Under the pieces are notes generated by a model. That model saw only the letters and a list, made by a program, of their open reading frames with translations, was not told the origin of the DNA and did no database searches. The position numbers and the translations under genes were made by a program. A stretch of 64,000 bases of DNA from Longimicrobiales bacterium (GTDB lineage: Bacteria; Gemmatimonadota; Gemmatimonadetes; Longimicrobiales; Gaopeijiaceae): positions 3,072,001 to 3,136,000 of the forward strand of contig OZ241892.1 in NCBI GenBank assembly GCA_965203485.1. Reading direction: 5' to 3'. Positions 19,486-28,394 of the stretch are shown here, piece by piece. Numbering within the stretch: the first letter of the stretch is position 1; each line of letters starts with the position of its first letter.

Positions 19486-22400
19486 TCACGCGCCGCCCTC
19501 CCGGTCGGATTCCTCAGGCCCCACCCCCGCTTCCAGAACGTCCTTCGCCGAAATCGTGTACCGGGCGTTGATCCGCTTGCCCGCCACGAACGTACGGAAC
19601 GGGTCGCGCACGCGGAAGAGGCGGGGGTTCGGCGTCGCGCAGTCCAGGACGACGTACAGCCAGTACTCGTCGCCGAGATGGTTGGCCTGCTTCCATTCGT
19701 TGTCCTCCATCTGCACGTCGCTGCGGCCGGCGCGGCCCTTGACCTCGATGTGACGGCGGGTCTCGCCGGGACGATCAGACATCATGTCGAAGCCGGGCCA
19801 GTCGGGGAGGCCGGCAACGCGGGCCAGGGCGGGCTTGGACACGTCGCGAACGGCGCCTCCGTGCTCGCGCTCCCAGGCGACGGCGACGTTCACGGCGATC
19901 TCCTCGACTCGGGCGTCGTGGCGGTCCACTTCGGCGGCGGCGTAGTCGGCGGCGGGCACGACCAGGGCGTGCGCCAGGAAGCGGACGCCGCCGGGAACGA
20001 TGCGGTCCGGGGCGTCGCCGAGTCGATCGAGCGCGAGCTGGCGTTGGGAGGACACGGTCTGCTGTTCGCGCTTGGCCTGCTCGAGGGCGTCGGCGTCGGC
20101 TCCGCTGGCGACGCGGGCGGCCAGCTCCCTGCGGCGAAGGGCGGCTTGCTGGGCGCGCAGGCCGAACCCCGTGGCCACCTGCCGGCGCCGCTCGGGGAGT
20201 TCCGCCCGTCTTTGCTCGCGCTGTCCATCCACGAGCTCGGCAAGGAGACGGACCTCCGCGTGGGCGGCCGCCTCGGCGCGCATCGACAGCCCCCGGCCGG
20301 CCAGCGGGACGGCCCCGGGAGGCACTTGCGGGGCGCCTCTCAAGACAAGGAAGCTCTCGACCTCGCACTGCGCCGGGTCTCCTTTGCCGTCGTGGCGCAA
20401 CGCGAGAAGCCGACGATCCAGAACGCGTCGGCCGAGCGGGTCGTGCTCCAACCCCGCCGGGTCGCGGGGCGACGGGGCGGCATCGAATCCTTTTCCGGCG
20501 ACGACCACGGGATCCGGTTCCTCCTCGACGGTGGCCACGGCCACATGGAACGTGTAGGGGACCTCGGCGCGGGGGTCCGCGAACACGGCGCCTCGCAACG
20601 CGTCCCGGGCAAAGGCCTCCTGGACCGCGCCGGCCAAGGCGTCGAAGACGGGTTCGCCGGGACGGAGCCATATCGACGGGCCGTCGTTCGCCGAAGCGTT
20701 GGACGACGCGGACGGGCGCTCCGGGCCCTCGTCTTTCGAAGCGACGTTCTCGGGCCGGCTGACGCACAGCCGCGCTCGCGCTTCTTCGGGGTAGCTGTCC
20801 AATGCCGGGAGGAGCGGGTCCAACGCCCCCGACCGGCTCGCCGCGAGACCGAAGAAGGCGTCCAAGTCGCCGCGAATCTGCAAGCCCAGCAGGTCGGCGG
20901 CCCGTCCGACGAAATGGCGCACGTAGCCGGGCAGGAGCTGCAGGTAGCGCTCTCGGTCCATGTCGCCACGGAGTCCGGGCAAGCGGTCCTTCACGTTGTC
21001 GTCGTCGCCGTACGCTTCGCGTTCTTCGGCGCCGATGGTCCGCACGCGGTCGCTCGTCAGGGCGCGTTCGACCCGTTGCGCGGCGTCCCCCGCCGCTCCG
21101 TCTTCGCCGCTCGGCCCGCCGCGGCCGCCGGCCTGCAACGACTCCAGCATGTAGTGGCTGAGCGAGGCGTTCTCGAAGAGCCGTCCGATCACGTCGAACA
21201 CCTTGTCCGACTTCAGCTCGCGGCGGATTGCGTCCAGCTTCTTCAGCAGCACCTCGAGCACGCGGCCCTCGTGAGTCTTGCCGGCGACCAAGTTCACGAT
21301 TCGCACATCGCGCTTCTGCCCGTACCTGTGCACGCGGCCCATGCGCTGTTCCAGCCTCGCCGGGTTCCAGGGGATGTCGTAGTTGGCCATCAGACGGCAG
21401 AACTGGAGGTTGATGCCCTCGCCCGCCGCGTCCGTGGCCACCATGTAGCGGGCGCCTGCGGGGTCGCGGAAGCGCTCGACCTGCGCCTCGCGCTCTTGCC
21501 ACGCCATGCCCCCGTGGATGTGGGCGATGCTGCCGGCGTGTCCCAGGCCTTCCAGACGGCGGACCAAGTAGTCGACCGTGTCGCGGTGCTCGCTGAAGAC
21601 GAGCCATTTCTCGTCGGCGTACCGCGCGTTTTCCAGCACCTTGCGGAGCTTCTCGAACTTGGATTCGCGGCCCGTGTCCAGCAACCTGCGCGCGCGATCC
21701 CGGAGCTGGACGAGCGTGCGCACTTCCTGCTCGATCTCCTCGACCGTGACCGCGATCACCGCGCCCAGAACGGCGTCCTCGTAGTCCTCGTTGCGTTCTC
21801 TGGCGCGGCGGCTACCGTCGGCGTCTTCGCGGTCGTCCTGTTCGCGCCCGTCCTCGTCGGCGGTGCTGGAGTCGAAGAAGTCGGCGGCGTGCGCTTTGCC
21901 GATCGCGGTCTGGCGTCGTTCCAGCTCGTCGGTCGTGATGCGCCCGGCGGCGAGGTCGGCGGCAGCGCCCTTCAGCTTGGCGATTCGGCGTTCGAACGAG
22001 CGGAGCAGGGCGTGGGTCGAGCTGGCGAGACGGCGCTGGAACACGCTCATGGCCAAGCTGACGGCGGGGCGGTTCCGGAACGCGCGGCCGTACGTGTGGC
22101 GGAGGTAGGCGGTGGTCTCGTCGTAGAGCGCTTGTTCGCCGTCCGGGCCGGGCGTGAGGTCGTAGGAGAAGGTGTCGCAGGAGCGGAGCGGGTAGATGGG
22201 CCGCCCTTGCAGATCGACCATCTCTTCCTTCGTGCGGCGGATGAAGTGGCGGTTGCAAGCGGCCGGCGGAAAGCGGCGGAGCGCGGCCTCCGTCGGGAAG
22301 ACTTGGTCGTCCAGAAGGCGCCACAGGTAATGGTAGGGCGACAACTTGCCCATGTGCGGCGTGGCGGTCAGAAGCAACAAGTGCCTGGCGGACCACTCGA

Positions 22401-23400
22401 GGCCGGCGAAGCGCTCCGCCGGGCTGCCGCAACCTGCGAGAGCCTCCGCCAGCTCGTAGCGGCGCGTCTTGCGGACGCGATGGTCGTCCGCCGTGGCACT
22501 GAGCTTGTGAGCCTCGTCGAAGACGACCAAGTCGTAGGCGGCCGCCCCGCCCGCTTCGCGAAGGGCGGCGAACACTTTGTCGCCCGCCAGCGTGTCCAGC
22601 GAGACGATGGCCAAGTCGGCCGACGGGTCGAGAAAGGGATTGCCGGCGTCCCCGTCCGATGCTGTCCCGTTTGCTGCACCCGCCCGCCTCCCGGCCCCCG
22701 CACCGCCCCTGCCCCTCACGTCCGCGCCCGCCACGATGCGGAAATCCAACCTAAACAGCGTCCGCAGCTCGCGCCGCCAGTTCCCGACGAGCCCCGCCGG
22801 CGGCACCACCAGCACGCGCCGGATCCGGCCCCGCGACAGCATCTCGCGCACGTACAAGCCCGTCATGATCGTCTTCCCCGCGCCCGCGTCGTCCGCCAAC
22901 AAGAAACGAAGAGGCTCCTGCCGCAACATTCGCTCGTACACCGCGATCCGCTGGTGCGGCAACGGATCGATGCGCGACGTCTCGCTCGCGAAGGCCGGGT
23001 TGAACTGATGGCCGTACGCGAGCCGCCACGCCTCCACGACGGCCGACACGGCCTCGGCGTTGCCGGCGAAGTCGAGGGCGGGGATTGGGGCGAAATGCTC
23101 GGAGCGCATGCGACCGTCCCCAACGAAGGCCGCTTGGCCCCGGGGTCGACGCGACTGGCCTGGCAAGCCATCATCTGCGGGCCTCGCACGTTGAGCGGCG
23201 GCGGCCTCCGCGATCTCCTGCAACCTTTGCCGAGCCATTGGATGAGGCCGCGACTTCCCGGCTTCCCAACGGTGTACCGTGATGGCGCTGACCCGCAGAC
23301 GCTCGGCCAGCTGGCCCTGGGTAAGGCCCAGCTCCTTGCGAAGGACGCGCAATCGCACGCCGTCGGTGGCGGTGGCGAGATTGGTGGCTGGAGCGCCCAT
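19486..23400 (-). CDS. XRE-HTH + SNF2-family helicase + DUF3883 nuclease-like domain
   Basis: LRKELGLTQGQLAERL.VS..TVHRWEAG; LADDAGAGKT; DEAH; TATPH; QRMGRVHRYGQ; GFD...IEVKG. Confidence 0.92.
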   Translation of the reverse strand: MGAPATNLATATDGVRLRVLRKELGLTQGQLAERLRVSAITVHRWEAGKSRPHPMARQRLQEIAEAAAAQRARPADDGLPGQSRRPRGQAAFVGDGRMRSEHFAPIPALDFAGNAEAVSAVVEAWRLAYGHQFNPAFASETSRIDPLPHQRIAVYERMLRQEPLRFLLADDAGAGKTIMTGLYVREMLSRGRIRRVLVVPPAGLVGNWRRELRTLFRLDFRIVAGADVRGRGGAGAGRRAGAANGTASDGDAGNPFLDPSADLAIVSLDTLAGDKVFAALREAGGAAAYDLVVFDEAHKLSATADDHRVRKTRRYELAEALAGCGSPAERFAGLEWSARHLLLLTATPHMGKLSPYHYLWRLLDDQVFPTEAALRRFPPAACNRHFIRRTKEEMVDLQGRPIYPLRSCDTFSYDLTPGPDGEQALYDETTAYLRHTYGRAFRNRPAVSLAMSVFQRRLASSTHALLRSFERRIAKLKGAAADLAAGRITTDELERRQTAIGKAHAADFFDSSTADEDGREQDDREDADGSRRARERNEDYEDAVLGAVIAVTVEEIEQEVRTLVQLRDRARRLLDTGRESKFEKLRKVLENARYADEKWLVFSEHRDTVDYLVRRLEGLGHAGSIAHIHGGMAWQEREAQVERFRDPAGARYMVATDAAGEGINLQFCRLMANYDIPWNPARLEQRMGRVHRYGQKRDVRIVNLVAGKTHEGRVLEVLLKKLDAIRRELKSDKVFDVIGRLFENASLSHYMLESLQAGGRGGPSGEDGAAGDAAQRVERALTSDRVRTIGAEEREAYGDDDNVKDRLPGLRGDMDRERYLQLLPGYVRHFVGRAADLLGLQIRGDLDAFFGLAASRSGALDPLLPALDSYPEEARARLCVSRPENVASKDEGPERPSASSNASANDGPSIWLRPGEPVFDALAGAVQEAFARDALRGAVFADPRAEVPYTFHVAVATVEEEPDPVVVAGKGFDAAPSPRDPAGLEHDPLGRRVLDRRLLALRHDGKGDPAQCEVESFLVLRGAPQVPPGAVPLAGRGLSMRAEAAAHAEVRLLAELVDGQREQRRAELPERRRQVATGFGLRAQQAALRRRELAARVASGADADALEQAKREQQTVSSQRQLALDRLGDAPDRIVPGGVRFLAHALVVPAADYAAAEVDRHDARVEEIAVNVAVAWEREHGGAVRDVSKPALARVAGLPDWPGFDMMSDRPGETRRHIEVKGRAGRSDVQMEDNEWKQANHLGDEYWLYVVLDCATPNPRLFRVRDPFRTFVAGKRINARYTISAKDVLEAGVGPEESDREGGA

Positions 23401-23406
23401 GGCGCA

Positions 23407-23435
23407 AAGATGGCGAAGCTGGGCTCGCACGTCAA
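23407..23435 (-). promoter_or_regulatory. Putative sigma70 promoter giving a leaderless helicase transcript
   Basis: TTGACG-17 nt-CATCTT-6 nt-ATG(23400); no SD before the ATG. Confidence 0.55.
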
Positions 23436-23700
23436 CGGGCCGCCCAGAACGGCGTCTTCGCCCGGCTATCATATGCGAAACCGACAACGCCTCTGGCTTC
23501 CGAATCCGGCCAAGAGCCGGGGCGCATTTGGGAAACAGGCGGGCGACTTGCGGCTCACGACGGCAACGCTATTGTATCTTGGCGACGGTCGGCAGGCGTC
23601 GCCTTCAGCCGTCTGCTCCCGCCATCGGCAAGGACGGACTCATGGCCTCCCGATCTTTGGAGCGTCGCAACCTCTCTGGAACTGCCCACCTAGTGCTGAC

Positions 23701-25044
23701 ATGAATAGGATCACCCTGCAGAACTATCGTTGTTTTCGTGAAAGCCAAGACGTCGCATTGGCTCCTTTGACTCTCCTCGTCGGCGACAACAGCACGGGCA
23801 AGACATCGTTCCTCGCCATGATTCGCGCTCTGTGGCAACTACCGTCCGGATTTCCGTCTTTCAAAGATGCACCCTACGATCTAGGCAGTTTCGACGAAAT
23901 CGCTCATTTTCGCGGAGGCCGCGCTGGCCGTGCCGATTCTTTTGAAGCCGGCTTTGATTTGACGACAACGACACGAGGGAGCCAGAAGCGTCGTCTTGAA
24001 GCAGTCTTCAAGGACGTAGGTACTGTCGCTTTCCCCGTTTCCAGACGGCTGTCCATGGTTGACGGCCACACGTGGATTAAAGTCGAGCGATGCGCTTCAC
24101 GCGGGTCTTGGCGACTCTTTTTGGGAACCAAACGAGGAACATGGACTGATTTTATCGGGCCTCGCAAGAGTGCCAGAGAACATTTTTTGCCGCTTGATGT
24201 ATTGCCTTGGCTGTTGCCTTCGAACGGCCCGCTGTATGACAATGACAGCGATCAATTTACTTCCATTGACGGCGAGAAACGCATCGACGACAGCGACTGG
24301 CATCACCTCCAGGCCCTCGTCGACACCAGTTGCTTTGACTGCTATGAGCCAGAATCTCTGTACGCCAGCGCACCAGTACGTTCCCGGCCGTACCGCACTT
24401 ACGATCCTTCTCACCTCGCTAGAGATTCCGAGGGCGATCACGTTCCGCTTTATTTGGCCAACATGTCTTTTCGGGCAGGCGACGCAAGATGGAAGACGAT
24501 GAAGAAGAGACTTGAGGCGTTCGGGAAGCAATCCGGTCTCTTCGACGAAATCGCCGTCAAGCGGTTGGGCAAGAGAAGTAGTGAGCCGTTTCAACTCCAG
24601 ATTCGGAAATTCGGCTCTCCCGCCAAGGGTCCCATGCGCAACCTGATTGATGTTGGCTACGGCGTTAGTCAAGTGCTTCCTGTTCTGACTGAGCTGTTTC
24701 GCGAAGACGGTCCAGCCATGTTCTTGCTGCAACAGCCGGAAGTTCATCTGCATCCCAGTGCACAAGCCGCTCTGGGCAGTCTTTTTTGTCAAGCGGCGGC
24801 AAATGGCCGCCAGCTGGTGGTGGAGACTCATAGCGATCACTTGCTGGACCGAGTTCGTCTGGATGTACGAGACGAGACGACCGACTTGCGGCCCGACGAC
24901 GTTGCGATTCTGTTCTTCGAGAAACGCAACTTGGGCGTGAAGATTCATTCCCTGCGAATCGACGAGGAAGGCAATATAGTCAATGCGCCTCCGAGTTATC
25001 GCGGTTTCTTCATGGCCGAAACGAAGAGGTCCTTGAAGCTGTAG
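23701..25044 (+). CDS. ABC-type (AAA_15/AAA_21, DUF3696-like) ATPase
   Basis: LQNYRCF; GDNSTGKT; VGYGVSQ; LLQQPEVHLHP; ETHS. Confidence 0.88.
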   Translation: MNRITLQNYRCFRESQDVALAPLTLLVGDNSTGKTSFLAMIRALWQLPSGFPSFKDAPYDLGSFDEIAHFRGGRAGRADSFEAGFDLTTTTRGSQKRRLEAVFKDVGTVAFPVSRRLSMVDGHTWIKVERCASRGSWRLFLGTKRGTWTDFIGPRKSAREHFLPLDVLPWLLPSNGPLYDNDSDQFTSIDGEKRIDDSDWHHLQALVDTSCFDCYEPESLYASAPVRSRPYRTYDPSHLARDSEGDHVPLYLANMSFRAGDARWKTMKKRLEAFGKQSGLFDEIAVKRLGKRSSEPFQLQIRKFGSPAKGPMRNLIDVGYGVSQVLPVLTELFREDGPAMFLLQQPEVHLHPSAQAALGSLFCQAAANGRQLVVETHSDHLLDRVRLDVRDETTDLRPDDVAILFFEKRNLGVKIHSLRIDEEGNIVNAPPSYRGFFMAETKRSLKL

Positions 25045-25506
25045 ATGTGTGCGATCTTGGACGCCAATGCGGCATCTGCGGTCTTTGGTCGCAATCAAGG
25101 TGGCGCGGCTAAAGCGTTCTTTGATTGGATAAACGACGGACCCGGACGCTTGGTCGTCGGCGGCAAGCTTCGCGCCGAGCTGGGAATGATCGGCTCATTT
25201 TGCGAATGGCAGAAGCAAGCTGTATTGGCCGGACGGATCAAGAATGAGAATGACGCCGTCGTCAACGAACGTGCGCGCGAACTCACGAGGCGCAATGTGT
25301 GTTCATCAAATGATCAACACGTCATCGCATTGGCGAATGTGAGCGGGGCTCGGTTGTTGTACACCAATGATGGTGATCTGCAAAAGGACTTCAAGAACCA
25401 CAAATTGATCAAGAAGCCGCGCGGAAAGATATATTCGGCGCAGGCCCAAGCCGACTTCGGCCGAGTGCACGGTGACCTTCTGGAAGCGAACACTTGTCGG
25501 CCGTAA
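25045..25506 (+). CDS. PIN-like domain protein, directly abutting the ATPase
   Basis: AILDAN; NDQHVIALA; LYTNDGDL acidic pattern. Confidence 0.72.
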   Translation: MCAILDANAASAVFGRNQGGAAKAFFDWINDGPGRLVVGGKLRAELGMIGSFCEWQKQAVLAGRIKNENDAVVNERARELTRRNVCSSNDQHVIALANVSGARLLYTNDGDLQKDFKNHKLIKKPRGKIYSAQAQADFGRVHGDLLEANTCRP

Positions 25507-25579
25507 CCGCCACCCCGCTGCTCATGCGCCCGGCGCAATGGCGCCGTTCGGCTCGTTCGCCGACCTGCCAAGACGCCGA

Positions 25580-26494
25580 CTACGCTGTCGCGTCCGCCCG
25601 AGGCGGAGCCTGGAACACCCATTTGCGGTGCCAGGCGACGAACGAGGGCGAGGGGGCCAGCACGGGCGTCAGAGGTGGGCGCAACCGCGTTCCGTGCAGG
25701 CCCATTAGGCGTTCGGCAGACGGACTCGAGCCGCCGACGCCGCGAGAGACCAGGACTCGATAGCCGGACTCCTGGGGCTGGAGGCCGAGCGCGCCGTGGT
25801 TGAGAGCCTTGTGGTGAAGCAGGCAGAGGGCGAGCGCGTTCGAGATGTCGTTGGGTCCGCCGTGGGAGGGCCACTGGATGCTGGCGGCCTCCAGGGCGAA
25901 TACGCGGTCGTTCACGCGGGCGTCGAAGTCGCACACGGAGCAGCGGTTTCGGTATTCGCCCAGGACGCGGGCTCTGAACGCGGCCTCTTGGGGTCCCTCG
26001 GGGCGAGGTTGGAGCAAGCTCCAGTCCCAGCGCAACCCGGCGGCAGCGCGAATGGAGTCGTGGTCCGAAGATCGGAAGTGTTGTGCAAGAAGCAACTCCG
26101 CAACGGCCACCACCAGCTCCGGGTCCGATGCCAGCAACTCGTGAACCTCCTCGGGGAACCCGCCGACTATGTGCCGGTCGCGCAGTTCCTTGGCGTGGAG
26201 ATTGCCGCTGGACGTGGTGGCCAGCGCCGCGTCTCCGGGAATCTCCCATAGCCCGTCTGCCCGCAACCGCCCGAACGGGTAGACCGGATGCACCGCCCGC
26301 CTCGGCGGCCCGAACTCGCCCAGCAACCGGCGCAACTGCGGCTCGATGCTCGCGAACGAGACGAGCCGCCGCCGACACTGCGCGACCCGGCCCAGCGCCA
26401 ACAGCAGGAGAAGCGGCTTGTGGGGAGCCGGCCGGTCCTGCCACGTCGCGGTTCTCAATCGAGCAAAGCGGTCCAGCAGTTCCGCGCGTGTCAT
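25580..26494 (-). CDS. SBD-HNH protein (phosphorothioate-DNA-binding restriction endonuclease family)
   Basis: APHKPLLLL and YPFGRL..DGLW SBD motifs; CSVC...LEAASI...N.LALC..HH. Confidence 0.8.
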   Translation of the reverse strand: MTRAELLDRFARLRTATWQDRPAPHKPLLLLLALGRVAQCRRRLVSFASIEPQLRRLLGEFGPPRRAVHPVYPFGRLRADGLWEIPGDAALATTSSGNLHAKELRDRHIVGGFPEEVHELLASDPELVVAVAELLLAQHFRSSDHDSIRAAAGLRWDWSLLQPRPEGPQEAAFRARVLGEYRNRCSVCDFDARVNDRVFALEAASIQWPSHGGPNDISNALALCLLHHKALNHGALGLQPQESGYRVLVSRGVGGSSPSAERLMGLHGTRLRPPLTPVLAPSPSFVAWHRKWVFQAPPRADATA

Positions 26495-26609
26495 CGACGC
26501 AACAATCCTCCTCGGTCTCTCCGCCGTCCTCGTACGTCAGGCAACTTACGACGATGCCGTGCCGTCGTCAGCACTCGGACGGCACCGGCGATCCCGCCCT
26601 CCGTTCCCC

Positions 26610-27827
26610 TCAAATCTCCTCGTCGACGTCGTGCCCCAGCGACCGCAACCGGTCCGCGATCTGCGCTCCGTGGTCCCTGCCGCGCGTCTCCACGAGCAAT
26701 CCGATGTCCACGTCGCCAACCGAGATGTCTCCGAAGCCCCGCGCATGTTCCACCTCCAGCACGTTCGCTCCGGCCGCCGCGACCACCGCCGTCAGCTCGT
26801 TCAGGAAGCCGGGCCGGTCGCGGGCGGCGACGCGGAAGCGGGCAACCCGGCCGTCCGCCCACAGGCCCCGGTCGATGAGGCGCGAGATGATGTTGACGTC
26901 GATGTTGCCGCCCGAGAGGACGCAAGCGACGGTCTCGTCCTCCGCGAGGCGCACCTTGCCGGCCAGCAACGCGGCCACGCCGACGGCGCCTGCGCCTTCC
27001 ACGACCATCTTCTCGCGCTCCAGCAGGAAGAACACGGCCGCCGCGATCTCGGCCTCGGTCACGAGCGCCACGTCGTCCACCAGCGCCTGGACGATCGGGA
27101 ACGTCCGGTCGCCGATCCGCTTGACGGCGATGCCGTCCGCCAAGGTGTCCGCCGATTCCACGCACGCGGGTTCCCCGGCACGCAAGGACTCGAACGCCGC
27201 AGGCGCCGCCTCCGCTTCCACGCCCACGACGCGGGCATGCGGCTTCAGCGCCTTCACGGCGGAAGCGACCCCGGCAATCATTCCGCCGCCCCCGACCGGC
27301 ACCACGAACACGGTCGCGCCGGGCGCCTGCTCGATCATTTCCAATGCCATGGTGCCTTGTCCGGCGGCCACCTCCAGGTCGTCGAAGGCGTGGACCGGCG
27401 TGCTCCCGTAGCGGCCGGCCAGCCGATCCACCTCGTCCAACCCGTCCGACAGCGTCCGGCCCATCTCCAGCACGTGCGCTCCGTGCCGCTTCGTGTTGGC
27501 GACCTTCACCAGCGGCGCATTCTCAGGCATCACTATCGAGCAGGCGACGCCAAGCCGCTTGGAGTGGAACGCGAGGGCCTGAGCGTGGTTCCCCGCGCTG
27601 GCCGCGACCACGCCGCGTCCGCGCGCCGCCTCGCCCATGACGAGCAACTTGTTGAGCGCGCCCCGGTCCTTGAACGATCCCGTCAGCTGCCGGAACTCGG
27701 CCTTGAGCGCCACCCGCGCGCCGCCGTCCAGGCGTTCCTCCAAGGCGAACGAGCGGCGGCATCCGGTCTCGACGATCCCGCCCCGCAACCGCTCCCGGGC
27801 GTCCTGGAGGTCAGCGAGCGGGATCAT
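26610..27827 (-). CDS. ilvA: Threonine ammonia-lyase with C-terminal ACT domain
   Basis: GSFKDRGA; SAGNHAQ; VGGGG; SGGNID; DRPGFL. Confidence 0.92.
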   Translation of the reverse strand: MIPLADLQDARERLRGGIVETGCRRSFALEERLDGGARVALKAEFRQLTGSFKDRGALNKLLVMGEAARGRGVVAASAGNHAQALAFHSKRLGVACSIVMPENAPLVKVANTKRHGAHVLEMGRTLSDGLDEVDRLAGRYGSTPVHAFDDLEVAAGQGTMALEMIEQAPGATVFVVPVGGGGMIAGVASAVKALKPHARVVGVEAEAAPAAFESLRAGEPACVESADTLADGIAVKRIGDRTFPIVQALVDDVALVTEAEIAAAVFFLLEREKMVVEGAGAVGVAALLAGKVRLAEDETVACVLSGGNIDVNIISRLIDRGLWADGRVARFRVAARDRPGFLNELTAVVAAAGANVLEVEHARGFGDISVGDVDIGLLVETRGRDHGAQIADRLRSLGHDVDEEI

Positions 27828-27865
27828 GGAAGCGGAGGGACCCCGTGGCCGGAGCGGCGACTTAT

Positions 27866-28276
27866 CTAGTCCCCGTGACGCGCGAACACGCCCACTCGCA
27901 ACGGCGGCTCCACCGACCAACGGAACCGGAACCGGTTGGCCTCTCCGTCGGCGACCACGTCGCGCCGCTCGCGGGTCTTCGGCCAGTCGCCCCGGTCGTT
28001 GAGGACCACGAGCGCCTGCCCGTTCGCGAGCTTGCCGTCCTCCTCGAGCAACGCCTGCTCCAGCCGGCCGAGGAGTTGCGCCTCGGCCTTGCGCTGGATG
28101 TCGCCCTCGGCGGTTGCGGTCAGCTCGCGAACGGCAACCTGCACGTGCGAGTCGCTGAAATCGGCGGCGGTCGCCGAGAATGCGTGGTTGCGCCGAAAGC
28201 CGATCTCGGTAAGGGCGGCCGGCTTGAACGCAGGATCGACGCTGTGGTAGGCGGAGCCGTAGCGGCGAAGGATCAT
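27866..28276 (-). CDS. Hypothetical protein
   Basis: Good codon usage; co-oriented between the DEAD-box gene and ilvA. Confidence 0.7.
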   Translation of the reverse strand: MILRRYGSAYHSVDPAFKPAALTEIGFRRNHAFSATAADFSDSHVQVAVRELTATAEGDIQRKAEAQLLGRLEQALLEEDGKLANGQALVVLNDRGDWPKTRERRDVVADGEANRFRFRWSVEPPLRVGVFARHGD

Positions 28277-28394
28277 GCGGCCGCGCAGTCGCTCGCCGCG
28301 GCGGCACGGCCCGACGGCGCGGCGCGCCGCAACCGACGCGGCCGGAAAAACGGAAGGGACGGCGCCGGCCTCGTCGCGACGAACTGGCCGCGAG

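Noticed and set aside
19420..23700. 1874-aa plus-strand ORF that seems to fuse a huge N-terminus to the ATPase
   Set aside because: The first ~1430 aa are the antisense shadow of the helicase in high-GC DNA; the ATPase motif starts at ATG 23701.
26559..26585. Hairpin GTGCCGTC/GACGGCAC after ilvA as a terminator
   Set aside because: No U-tract, and 8-bp GC stems arise easily by chance at this GC content.
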